Both the position numbers and the translations under genes were made by a program. Under the pieces are notes generated by a model that worked only from the letters and a program-made list of their open reading frames with translations, ran no database searches and was not told the DNA's origin. Positions 8,446-16,616 of a DNA stretch of 24,000 bases are shown piece after piece; the first letter of the stretch is position 1, and the number at the start of each line of letters is the position of its first letter. This DNA comes from Bryobacteraceae bacterium. Its GTDB lineage: Bacteria; Acidobacteriota; Terriglobia; Bryobacterales; Bryobacteraceae. The DNA is taken from positions 17,526 to 41,525 of the forward strand of contig JBBDWK010000075.1 in assembly GCA_040902885.1 (NCBI GenBank), written 5' to 3'.

Positions 8446-9816
8446 TCACCCGCGCGGCGGCTTGTTGACGACCTTCAGGTTTTTTTCGTCGAAGTAGAGA
8501 ACACGGCCTTCGCGGTACGACTGGACGGCCATCGAAATGGTCACCTGGGCGCGAAAACCGGTTTCCACGTCCAGGGTCGGCTTCTGGCGGCTGCGCACGC
8601 AGTCTAGAAAGTTCTGCATGTGCGCCGAGCGCGGGGTCTCGGTAACCGGAATCTTGATCTCAGCCTCGCCGAACTTGCTCTTGTACTCCGCGCTGGCCGC
8701 CCTTTTCTCCGGAATCACCGTGATGTGCGGAGCGTACCCCTCGAAGCGGCCGTGCTCCACCATGATCAGCGTTCCCTCGTGGCCTCGGATCAATCCGGGA
8801 ATGTGCTGCGAGTTGGCCATGGAGGAGCTCAGCACCAGCGAGTGGCCTTGGTCGAAGTCCGCCAGCAGGCTGAAGGTGTCCGGCACTTCGCGATCCTTGA
8901 AGACGTAGATTCCGCCGGAAGCCATCACCTTGTAGGGAAACTGAGGTTCGTTCCAGCAGATGTTCATCGGCGCGACCACATGATAAAAGAGGTCCGTTGC
9001 GATGCCGCCGGAGTAGTCCCAGTATTTGCGGAAGCGGAAGTAACGGTCGGCATCCCAGTTCCGCTTGTCGGCCGGGCCGAGCCACATCTTCCAGTCGATA
9101 TAGTCGTCGCCTTTGCCGTGCGGGCCGGCGTTCGGATCGATCTTCCAGTTCCACTCGCCTTCCACCGAGTTGCGGTGGTAGGAGCCCTGGCTGAGCAGCA
9201 TCTGGCCAATCATGCCGTCCGCGATGACCTTCTTCGCCTTGTGCCACTGGTCCGACGAGGTGGTCTGCGAGCCGACCTGAAGAATCCGCCTGGTCTCCCG
9301 CACCGTGTTCGAGAGCTGCTTGGCCTCCTCGACGGTGTGGCACATGGGCTTCTCGAGGTAGACGTCCTTGCCGCGGTCCATCGCCTCCAAAGCGATCTTG
9401 GCATGCCAGTGGTCGGGAGTTGCGACGACGACCGCGTCGATGTCCTCGCGCTGGATCACTTCCCGGTAGTCGAGGTACCCGTCGCATTTGTGCTTTTCGG
9501 CGTTCTCGCGCTTGCGCCGTTCCCACACGTCGCACACGGCCACAATCTGGCAGCCGTTGGTGCGCTCGCCGATACCGGCGAATTCGCGGGCCAGGTATCC
9601 GCCGCGGCCTCCCACCCCAATCACGCCCAGATTGATTTTGTCATTGGCGCCGATCACTCGTCCGGCCGCCGATTTCGGCCGTGCCGCGAACACACTCGAC
9701 GCCGCTCCGAGCGCCGCGCCTACTCCCGTTCCCACCTTGACGAAGTCCCGCCGATTCATCGCACTCTCGTCCGCTGGCATACGCGACTCCTGGTTGTTCA
9801 AAATTTGCTCCCTCAT
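8446..9816 (-). CDS. Gfo/Idh/MocA-family NAD(P)-dependent oxidoreductase with a twin-arginine (Tat) signal
   Basis: The Tat motif is [25 protein letters not shown]. The Rossmann segment is [19 protein letters not shown], followed by [28 protein letters not shown], typical of the family. The start is ambiguous: ATGs at 9816, 9780 and 9759 all have plausible SD-like sequences. Confidence 0.9.
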
Positions 9817-9988
9817 TTTACTCCCTTCAAACGCGGTCCGTCAGTTTCTTCCAGGTGGAACCGTCCGGCACTACGCAAGAAGTTCACGCTTGTGCCCCGG
9901 AGGGCGCAATTTCTACATTTTTTCGCGTGAAAACAGACAGTTTGAGCGTAGGCAGGCGAATTGCTAGGAAAGCCGCGGAGATGTATCC

Positions 9989-10732
9989 ATGAAATCCATT
10001 CTGATATTCGGTTGCTTTTCAGCAGCTCTTCTGGCCCCCGGTTGCGCCACAAAGAAGTTCGTGCGCCAAACGACGGAGCCAATTCAGGTGAAAGTGAATG
10101 AAGTCGACGAAAGACGCGGCAAGGAGATTGAAGAAGTTCGAACAAATGTTAAAGAAGTAGACGAGAAGGCCGAGCAGGGCGTAACCGCTGCAAGCGCCGC
10201 AAATGAGCGCGCGATGACGGCGGACGGCAAGGCCGTGAACGCGATGACGAAGGCCAACGAGGCGGGCGCGGAGGCGGCGAAGGCGAATACGGCTTCCGAG
10301 CGCAATAGCCGGGAATTGGACGTTGTGCGGCAGGCCTTCGGGAACATTGATAACTTCTCCTTGAAGGGCGAGACGGCCATTCAATTCGGTTTCGACAAGG
10401 CCGCGCTCACCCCGGAAGCCAAGGAGAAACTCGACGCTCTCGCCGCGGACCTCAATAAGTTCAAGAGGTTCGCCGTTGCGGTGGAGGGCTATACCGACCG
10501 CATTGGCTCGGCTGAATACAACGCCGCGCTGAGCCGCCGGCGGGCAAACTCCGTAGTCCATTATCTGGTTGCGCAGCACAATATCCCCATCTACCGGATT
10601 CACATGATCGGTCTGGGAATGGACCGCCCGGCGGACGAAGGAAAAGACCGCGACGCGCGCGCCCGCAATCGGAGAGTGGAAGTCAAGGTTTTCACTGCGG
10701 ACCCGGCACTGGCGCAAACGGCCTCCCAGTAG
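9989..10732 (+). CDS. OmpA-family (peptidoglycan-binding) lipoprotein with an Ala/Glu-rich coiled-coil N-terminal half
   Basis: The signal/lipobox-like N-terminus is MKSILIFGCFSAALLAPGC. GGAGA lies 7 nt upstream of the ATG. The C-terminal OmpA_C-like domain reads FGFDKAALTPEAKEKLDALA...VEGYTDRIGSAEYNAALSRRRANSVVHYL...RNRRVEVKVF. Confidence 0.9.
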   Translation: MKSILIFGCFSAALLAPGCATKKFVRQTTEPIQVKVNEVDERRGKEIEEVRTNVKEVDEKAEQGVTAASAANERAMTADGKAVNAMTKANEAGAEAAKANTASERNSRELDVVRQAFGNIDNFSLKGETAIQFGFDKAALTPEAKEKLDALAADLNKFKRFAVAVEGYTDRIGSAEYNAALSRRRANSVVHYLVAQHNIPIYRIHMIGLGMDRPADEGKDRDARARNRRVEVKVFTADPALAQTASQ

Positions 10733-10749
10733 ATCAAGGACATCGCGAG

Positions 10750-10786
10750 CCGGGAACCTGTTTCAGGTTCCCGGTGTTCCTTTCTC
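10750..10786 (+). terminator. Rho-independent terminator of the OmpA-family gene
   Basis: The stem is a perfect 11 bp, ccgggaacctg (10750-10760) pairing with caggttcccgg (10764-10774). The loop is ttt. A T-rich tail tgttcctttctc follows. The hairpin starts 18 nt after the stop codon. Confidence 0.7.
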
Positions 10787-11130
10787 ACTTGCCCTGCACG
10801 TCCTCCCGCCAGCGGTACAGCATGGACTGCATCTCGTCGGTCAGATCCGGGTGCTTGCGGCGGAGGTTGTGCGATTCTCCGGGGTCCTGTTCGACGTCGG
10901 AGAGGAAAACGGCATCGTCGCCCTCCAGCGGCTTGTTGCCGTCGGGACGGCCTTCGTAGGTTGCGCCGTTTACCACCAGCTTCCACTTCCCTCTTCGTAC
11001 CGCCATCTGTTTGCTCTGCGCCCAGAAGATCGCCTCGCGGTGCGCTCCCTCGCCTTCGCGGAGTAACGGCAGAAGGTTGCGGCCATCTATGGTGCGGTCC
11101 GTGGGTAGCGCCGCTCCCGCCGAGGCGCAG
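10785..11130 (-). pseudogene. C-terminal remnant (~110 codons) of a sulfatase (arylsulfatase family) gene. The catalytic N-terminal ~350 aa are missing.
   Basis: The translation ...GAALPTDRTIDGRNLLPLLREGEGAHREAIFWAQSKQMAVRRGKWKLVV...LSDVEQDPGESHNLRRKHPDLTDEMQSMLYRWREDV is the characteristic sulfatase C-terminal tail. There is no in-frame start near the homology boundary. The upstream part of ORF 10785..11468 only reads through the TPR gene 3' end in another frame. Confidence 0.7.
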
Positions 11131-11176
11131 AGACGCGGAGAAAACCTGCTAAAGTTTTTTTCTCTGCGCCTCGGCG
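11118..11176 (-). terminator. Long perfect hairpin (16-bp stem, 27-nt loop) 10 nt downstream of the TPR gene stop. It may be a terminator or a REP-like element.
   Basis: cgccgaggcgcagaga (11118-11133) is the exact reverse complement of tctctgcgcctcggcg (11161-11176). No U-tract follows on the minus strand, so the terminator role is inferred from position only. Confidence 0.45.
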
Positions 11177-11185
11177 CCTCTGCGG

Positions 11186-12358
11186 TTAAGCTTTTTTCCG
11201 CTGATAAGGCGAGTCCAGATACCGGCGTGACTCCTTGGCCGCTTCGGCTTCGGGCGCGAAGGAGATGGCCTTCTTGTATGCATCCACGGCTTCCTCGCGG
11301 CGGGAAGTGAGATCGTAGATCTGGCCCATGCGCATCCATGCGGTGGAGCCTGTATTCAGGTCGAGCTTGTCCCCCCCCGCCGTGACCTTCTTCATGTTGT
11401 CGAGCGCCGCCGGGTAGTCGCGATACCAGAACTGCACCGTGCCAAGGCGGAAGAAGATCTTCTCCCATGGAAGGTCCGCGAACCCGCTGGCCCCGCTGCG
11501 CTTCATCTCCGCCACGCGCTCAATGGCGGCAATCGCCTTGGTTTTGTCGCCGATGTCGCTGTACATCTGGGCCTGCTCAAAGCGCAGAAGATAATTGCGC
11601 GGAAAGCGGTTCACCAGGTCTTCGAGCAGCGGCAGGGCCTCTTTCGGCTTCTTCTCCCTGCGGTACAGAGCGCAGAGGAAAATTTCCGCATCCACCTTGT
11701 TCCTGTCGCCCTTGAGAGCCACTTCCCGCAAGGTCTGTATGCCTTTCTCGCGGTCGCCGTTAAAGCCGATCAGGAAACCGAGCAGCCGGACGCCCCAGGG
11801 CAGGCTGCCGACCACGTAGTCGTGTATGCCCTGCACCAGGCGCGCATCGTAATTGCCGGGCTGCACTTCGGAGACCTTGTTGTGAAGCTTCCGCCCGTCG
11901 GTAGCGTCGCTCAGAGCGGCGCGCCAGGCTTTCTTCACCAGGAAGTTGTAGTTCGCCCTGAGTCCGAAAGCCACACCTCGCGCATAGAGAGCCTCGGTGT
12001 CTTTCGGATTCTGCTCGATGCGCGGCCCGGTCAAGTCCATCACGGTCTGGATGGACCGGTCGAAATGTGCTTGCACTTCGGGGCTGGGAGTCATCTTGGG
12101 ACGCCGCAGGAAGGAGTTCGCTCCCGTCACGAGTTCGCTTTCCAGAGCGCCAACGCGGTACATCTCGCGGAAAAGCAGCCCTTGCGCGACCAGATTGTGC
12201 GCTTCGGGGGACCCGGGACGTTCGGCGACGCAACGCTCGAACTCAACGATCGCCGAATCGTACTCCAGGTTATAAAAGTGGTCCAGGCCGCGTGTGGCAT
12301 TGCATTCGGCGGCGAGGGTGGCCGCCGACAGCAGCCCGATACAAAAAATCCAAATCAT
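11186..12358 (-). CDS. Secreted tetratricopeptide-repeat (TPR) protein, 390 aa
   Basis: The true start is the ATG at the complement of 12356-12358 (MIWIFCIGLLSAATLAAEC, a signal peptide). It overlaps the queG stop as TAATG. The rest of track ORF 11186..13021 is out-of-frame read-through of queG. TPR-like helical repeats run throughout (e.g. ALYARGVAFGLRANY, AQMYSDIGDKTKAIAAIERV, MGQIYDLTSRREEAVDAYKKAISFAP). Confidence 0.8.
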   Translation of the reverse strand: MIWIFCIGLLSAATLAAECNATRGLDHFYNLEYDSAIVEFERCVAERPGSPEAHNLVAQGLLFREMYRVGALESELVTGANSFLRRPKMTPSPEVQAHFDRSIQTVMDLTGPRIEQNPKDTEALYARGVAFGLRANYNFLVKKAWRAALSDATDGRKLHNKVSEVQPGNYDARLVQGIHDYVVGSLPWGVRLLGFLIGFNGDREKGIQTLREVALKGDRNKVDAEIFLCALYRREKKPKEALPLLEDLVNRFPRNYLLRFEQAQMYSDIGDKTKAIAAIERVAEMKRSGASGFADLPWEKIFFRLGTVQFWYRDYPAALDNMKKVTAGGDKLDLNTGSTAWMRMGQIYDLTSRREEAVDAYKKAISFAPEAEAAKESRRYLDSPYQRKKA

Positions 12359-13410
12359 TACTTTAATTTTAACTGCCCCAATGCCCACCGCGCGTGTTCG
12401 GCCACCACGGGATCGTGATAGAGAGCCAGTCTCCCCAGCGGCTCGCGGAAGCGCAAGTCCCCGGAGGCGCCCATGGCCACGGCGACATTTCTGAGGAAGC
12501 CGGTGTATTTCGCGCGCTGGACGGGGCTGCCGCGGAACATGGCCCGGAACTGGTCTTCGGTCAACTCCGCGAGCCTCGCGAGGGGCGGGGCAAAGTGGCG
12601 GGGCGCGAAGGCCGGCTCCGCTGCGTGGGCCGCGCGGCGGTTCCAGGGACAGACGTCCTGGCAGATGTCGCAGCCGAATACGTGCCGGCCCAACCCCTCG
12701 CGGCGCTCCTCCGGAATGGCGCCGCGCAGCTCGATCGTGAGATAGGAGATGCAGAGGCGGGAGTCGAGCGCCCAGGAAGGGCCGCCGGGCGTCTTCACGG
12801 GTACGATGGCCGCGGTCGGGCACGCGTCGATGCAGCGCGTGCAGGTTCCGCAGCGGTCGGGCGGGGGTGAATCGGGTTGGAGCGGCAAAGACAACAGCAA
12901 CTCCCCCAGGAAGAACCACGAACCCCGGCCCTGATTGATCAAGCAGGTATTTTTGCCGAACCAACCCAAGCCGGCGTGACGGGCGTAGGCCCGCTCCAGC
13001 AAAGGCGCGGTATCCACGCAAATCTTCCAGTCGAACGGCTTGTCCACCGAATCGCGAATCCGCGCCGCCAGACGTTCCAAACCCAGGCGCAGAACGTCGT
13101 GGTAGTCCTCGCCCCAGGCGTAGCGGGAGATCCAGGCTCGGTCGTCGTCGCTGAACTCGGTCGAGTACGGCTCGGGACTGCTGTACAGCTTACCCACACA
13201 GACGATGGAGCGGGCGGAGGGCAGCAGAGTTCGCGGGTCGGCCCGAAGATCGGCCCGGCGGCCGGTGAGGTAGCCCATCTCACCGGCGAAGCCGCTTGTC
13301 ACCCATTCCCGGTAATACCCGGCTTCGGGAACCGGCGCGGCCTCCGCGACGCCGCAGAGTTCGAAGCCGCACTTCACAGCCAGATGCTTGATCGTCTCGG
13401 TCCGAACCAT
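12358..13410 (-). CDS. queG: Epoxyqueuosine reductase (tRNA queuosine biosynthesis; B12/4Fe-4S enzyme)
   Basis: The N-terminus is KHLAVKCGFELCGVAEAAP...YREWVTSGFAGEMGYL. The two ferredoxin-type motifs are CGTCTRCIDACPTAAI and FGCDICQDVCPWNRR. A HEAT-like C-terminus follows. I favour the start MVRTETIK (ATG at 13408-13410). The upstream ATG at 13452 is an alternative. Confidence 0.92.
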   Translation of the reverse strand: MVRTETIKHLAVKCGFELCGVAEAAPVPEAGYYREWVTSGFAGEMGYLTGRRADLRADPRTLLPSARSIVCVGKLYSSPEPYSTEFSDDDRAWISRYAWGEDYHDVLRLGLERLAARIRDSVDKPFDWKICVDTAPLLERAYARHAGLGWFGKNTCLINQGRGSWFFLGELLLSLPLQPDSPPPDRCGTCTRCIDACPTAAIVPVKTPGGPSWALDSRLCISYLTIELRGAIPEERREGLGRHVFGCDICQDVCPWNRRAAHAAEPAFAPRHFAPPLARLAELTEDQFRAMFRGSPVQRAKYTGFLRNVAVAMGASGDLRFREPLGRLALYHDPVVAEHARWALGQLKLK

Positions 13411-13597
13411 GAACTTCCCGTTCTTATGGTACCGTCCGCCTGCTCCGTTCAACCATGAATTTCACCATACAGTCATGAAAACGCGCAGTTTAATTTCTAC
13501 GTGTGGCTTCATGCGGAGGGGTTGTCTATACTGCAAACCGATACCCTGTCCGCAGCGTAAGCTGTGGCGGTGATGCCATTTCCAGGAGCCAAATGAG

Positions 13598-15703
13598 ATG
13601 CCCAAGCCGATCAAATACGCCGAAAAAGCTTTGACCTATGCCGCTGGTGCGGCCTGGGCTGTGTTCGAGAAGGCAAATAGCATCAACCGCAACGCGTCGT
13701 TTACGCCTAAGTGGTCCGACAAACCACTTCTGAAATCCTGGGAGAAGGTCAAGCCGACCCTTGGCTGGCCCCGAACCACGGATTCTCTGTGTCCCCGATG
13801 CATCCCCGAGATCCGCCAGGAGATCGTGGACGGCAAAGCGGACCACAAGATTCTCCTGACGGAGAAAGTCGGGGAGATCAAGGCGCAGGTCATCGAGCGC
13901 GACGGCAAGATCCTGATGGTGAAGGACTGCCCGAAGCACGGCCACTTTGAGGATGTGATGGCCATCGATGTGGATTTCTTCCGCCATCTGGAGCAGGTCT
14001 TCCCGGGGCGCGACATCCGCGCGCACAACGACGAAAAGCTGCACAATCACGGTTCCAGCACCATTACCCACGGACGCGGCTCGGTTCTGACCGTGGATCT
14101 GACCAACCGCTGCAACATGATGTGCGATCCGTGCTTCATGGATGCCAATCAAGTCGGCTTTGTGCATGAGCTGACATGGGAAGACATCACCACGCTTCTG
14201 GACAATGCCATCTCCATCAAGCCGAAACGGCAGATGTCGGTTCAGTTTTCGGGCGGCGAGCCAACCCTGTCGCCGTACTTCCTGGACGCGGTCCGGTACT
14301 CGCGCAAGGTGGGCTACAACAGCGTACAGGCGGCGACCAACGGCATCGAGTTCGCCAAGAGTCCCGAGTATTGCAAGCAGGCGGCCGAAGCGGGTCTGCG
14401 CTACGCGTATCTTCAGTTCGACGGCATCGGCAACGCGGCCAACTCGCACCGCAAGGTGGGCAATCTGTTCGACGTGAAGCTGCGCGCCATTGAGAACCTG
14501 CACGCCGCCGGCGTGGATATCGTCCCGGTAACCACCATCGTGAACGGCATCAACAACGAGCAGGTGGGCCGCATCATCCAGTTCGCGCTCGATAACCCCA
14601 AGAAAATTTCTTTCTGCTCTTTCCAGCCGGTGTCCTTCACAGGCCGGGACGAAGCCGTAACCGATGAGCGCCGCCACGCGCAGCGCTACACGCTTTCCCA
14701 TCTGGCGCACGACGTAAAGAACCAGACCGGACTCGGAGAGCCGGTGCGCGATTGGTTCCCGATTTCCTTCATGAGCACGTTCTCCGACTGGGGCGACCTG
14801 GTTCACGGGCCGAATGCCGACTGGGGCGTAGTGAGCTGCGGCTGCCATCCCAATTGCGGCGTGGGCATGGCCATCATGGTGGATAAGGAAACCAAGGAGT
14901 CGGTTCCCGTAACGGCCTTTTTGAAGGCCGATCAGCTCGCCAAGGACATCGCCAAAGTGAACGACGCCGCGCGGGGCAAGTTCCTCTCGCTGGCCGGCAT
15001 GGCGCTGGCATTGATGAAGAATTACGATCCGATGAAGGCGCCTACCCACTTCAAGCTCACCGACCTTCTCAAGAAGTTCGACAAGACCTTCGGAGCGACG
15101 GGCCGCAGCTACGGCAAGGTCGGGCCCGACCGGACCATGGACGATATCGAGAAGCGGCGGCGCGACCGTTGGAACTTCCTGTTCATCGCCGGGATGTGGT
15201 TCCAGGATCTGTTCAACTACGACTTCCGCCGCACCGAGCAGTGCATCATCCCCTACGCCACCCAGGAAGGCGAGATTTCCTTCTGCGCCTACAACACGGG
15301 CGTGGGCTGGAGGAACATCATCGAGAAGATGCACATGACGGCGACGCTCACCAAGTGGTATGACGAGCACGGCCGCCACGAAATCTTCGCGGGCAACAAG
15401 GCAGTGCCTCTCGCCAGCAAGGAGCATTCCTTGCGGCTGAACGCCGATCACGTGGCTGCGGGCCTGCAGCACGACCTGGACAAGCTGGGCATCGCCAAGA
15501 ACAGCTTCGAGGAGAAGGCCCGGGCGCGCGACGCCAAGCTGAAGGAAGCCGAGAACCAGCGCATGGCCAAGCTCTACCGGCAGCACGTCCTGAAAGAGAA
15601 GCCGGAAGACCCGGGGTTCGTCTCTCTCGCCACCATCGCGCCTCCTCCGAGCGCTCAGCCCAAGCAGGAGCAGCGCGAAGAAGTGGGATCGTTCGGCGAC
15701 TAA
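13598..15703 (+). CDS. Radical SAM enzyme resembling the tetraether lipid synthase family (Tes / GDGT-MAS-like), 701 aa
   Basis: AGGAG lies 9 nt upstream of the ATG.
- N-terminal rubredoxin/zinc-ribbon-like pair: SLCPRC (C65, C68) and DCPKHGHF (C111, H114).
- Canonical radical SAM motif: DLTNRCNMMCDPC (C172/C176/C179, nt 14111-14134).
- SAM-binding motif: FSGGEPTL.
- Auxiliary cysteines: VSCGCHPNCG and ISFCAYNTG.

The radical-SAM assignment is secure. The Tes-subfamily assignment rests on remembered motif architecture, not on an alignment. The 686-aa antisense ORF 13526..15586 is a high-GC artefact. Confidence 0.88.
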   Translation: MPKPIKYAEKALTYAAGAAWAVFEKANSINRNASFTPKWSDKPLLKSWEKVKPTLGWPRTTDSLCPRCIPEIRQEIVDGKADHKILLTEKVGEIKAQVIERDGKILMVKDCPKHGHFEDVMAIDVDFFRHLEQVFPGRDIRAHNDEKLHNHGSSTITHGRGSVLTVDLTNRCNMMCDPCFMDANQVGFVHELTWEDITTLLDNAISIKPKRQMSVQFSGGEPTLSPYFLDAVRYSRKVGYNSVQAATNGIEFAKSPEYCKQAAEAGLRYAYLQFDGIGNAANSHRKVGNLFDVKLRAIENLHAAGVDIVPVTTIVNGINNEQVGRIIQFALDNPKKISFCSFQPVSFTGRDEAVTDERRHAQRYTLSHLAHDVKNQTGLGEPVRDWFPISFMSTFSDWGDLVHGPNADWGVVSCGCHPNCGVGMAIMVDKETKESVPVTAFLKADQLAKDIAKVNDAARGKFLSLAGMALALMKNYDPMKAPTHFKLTDLLKKFDKTFGATGRSYGKVGPDRTMDDIEKRRRDRWNFLFIAGMWFQDLFNYDFRRTEQCIIPYATQEGEISFCAYNTGVGWRNIIEKMHMTATLTKWYDEHGRHEIFAGNKAVPLASKEHSLRLNADHVAAGLQHDLDKLGIAKNSFEEKARARDAKLKEAENQRMAKLYRQHVLKEKPEDPGFVSLATIAPPPSAQPKQEQREEVGSFGD

Positions 15704-15722
15704 GGTTTAGTTTGATCACGCC

Positions 15723-15739
15723 GGGCAGGCGAACTGCCC
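15723..15739 (+). terminator. Weak hairpin 20 nt downstream of the radical-SAM gene stop
   Basis: The structure is gggcag-gcgaa-ctgccc, a 6-bp stem with a 5-nt loop. No T-tract follows, so support is low. Confidence 0.25.
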
Positions 15740-16002
15740 ATAGGCGCTAACTCAAGCCCGGATTCCCGACATATTGGTAAGATGAACTGCTCGCGCTACC
15801 CGGCCACGCGTCAGGACCTCCTCTAAGAAGACTTCGCGGGCGTTTCGTCGTGGGAAGGGGATTTCGCGACAGCCATGGGAGCCGTCTCCGTCTCAGGAAG
15901 AAAGTGCTTACCTTCGGCCATTGACTCCCCCATTCTCCCTGCCGGGATATTTACCGCCTTACTTCTTTCCCAAACGCAGTCCCACTTCGGCCAAGCGGCG
16001 GC

Positions 16003-16572
16003 CTAAGGCGCGGCAAATGGCCGCTTCTTGCCCGTCGATCTCTCGCCGGCTGTCATCTCCCGCCACGTGGCCTGTGGCCCGTAGGGAGAGCCTCCACCCT
16101 GAGTGGTGAAAAGCTCTTGGACGGAGTAGGGCACACCGACGAGGATCATGCCGAGGTGTAACAAGGGAGCCATGAGCGTCAGGATCGTTGTCTCCTGTCC
16201 TCCGTGAAGGCTGGCTGTTGACACGAAGACGCCAGCCGGCTTGCCCTCGAGCTCGCCCTTCAACCACAACGAGGTGAGCTGATCAATCTGGTTTTTGAGC
16301 TGGGACGACACGTTCCCAAATCGGGTGGGTGTCCCGAAGGCAATGGCCCCGGCCTCGCGGAAGTCTTCCACGGTGACCAGGGGTATGTCTTTCTGCAGGT
16401 CGCGCCCTCCTTTCATGTCGGCGCGGGCCTCGATCACCGCGAGCGGGATCAATTCCGGCACTGTCCGAATGACAGGCTCGGCACCGGCAACCTGCCTCAC
16501 CCCCTCGGCCACCAAGTTGGCCATCTTGTAGACATTGCCATAGGTGCTGTAGTAACAGATCAAGACCTTCAT
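16003..16572 (-). CDS. wrbA: NAD(P)H:quinone oxidoreductase WrbA (flavodoxin-like), 3' end frameshifted. The authentic C-terminus continues in another frame to 15959.
   Basis: The ATG is at the complement of 16570-16572, with a GGGAGGA SD. The sequence reads MKVLICYYSTYGNVYKMA...FGTPTRFGNVSSQLKNQIDQ...GKPAGVFVSTASLHGGQETT...GGGSPYG. The frame is then lost. The neighbouring frame (ORF 15959..16267) reads ATGHVAGDDSRREIDGQEAAICRALGRRLAEVGLRLGKK*, the expected WrbA tail. Restoring one G in the GGG run (complement of 16088-16090) rejoins them into a ~204-aa protein. Confidence 0.88.
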   Translation of the reverse strand: MKVLICYYSTYGNVYKMANLVAEGVRQVAGAEPVIRTVPELIPLAVIEARADMKGGRDLQKDIPLVTVEDFREAGAIAFGTPTRFGNVSSQLKNQIDQLTSLWLKGELEGKPAGVFVSTASLHGGQETTILTLMAPLLHLGMILVGVPYSVQELFTTQGGGSPYGPQATWREMTAGERSTGKKRPFAAP

Positions 16573-16616
16573 TGGAGAGAGTCCTCCCTGAATTCTGCGG
16601 CCGAACGACCTGGCGA

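Noticed and set aside
11186-13021. 611-aa ORF suggesting a large fusion protein
   Set aside because: Only the C-terminal 390 aa (from MIWIFC..., ATG at 12358) are protein-like. The upstream 221 codons are an alternative frame of queG, Arg/Pro/Gly-rich.
13453-13597. Sigma-70-like promoter (TATACT at about 13527-13532) for the radical-SAM gene
   Set aside because: The only -35 candidate at 17-nt spacing (TGGCTT) is poor, and acidobacterial promoter consensus is not well defined. That is not enough support to report it as a feature.
13526-15586. 686-aa minus-strand ORF covering almost the whole radical-SAM gene
   Set aside because: It is an antisense shadow ORF typical of high-GC DNA. The composition is Leu/Val/Ala/Gly/Arg/His-rich with no recognisable motif. 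The plus-strand frame carries unambiguous radical-SAM motifs and a good SD.
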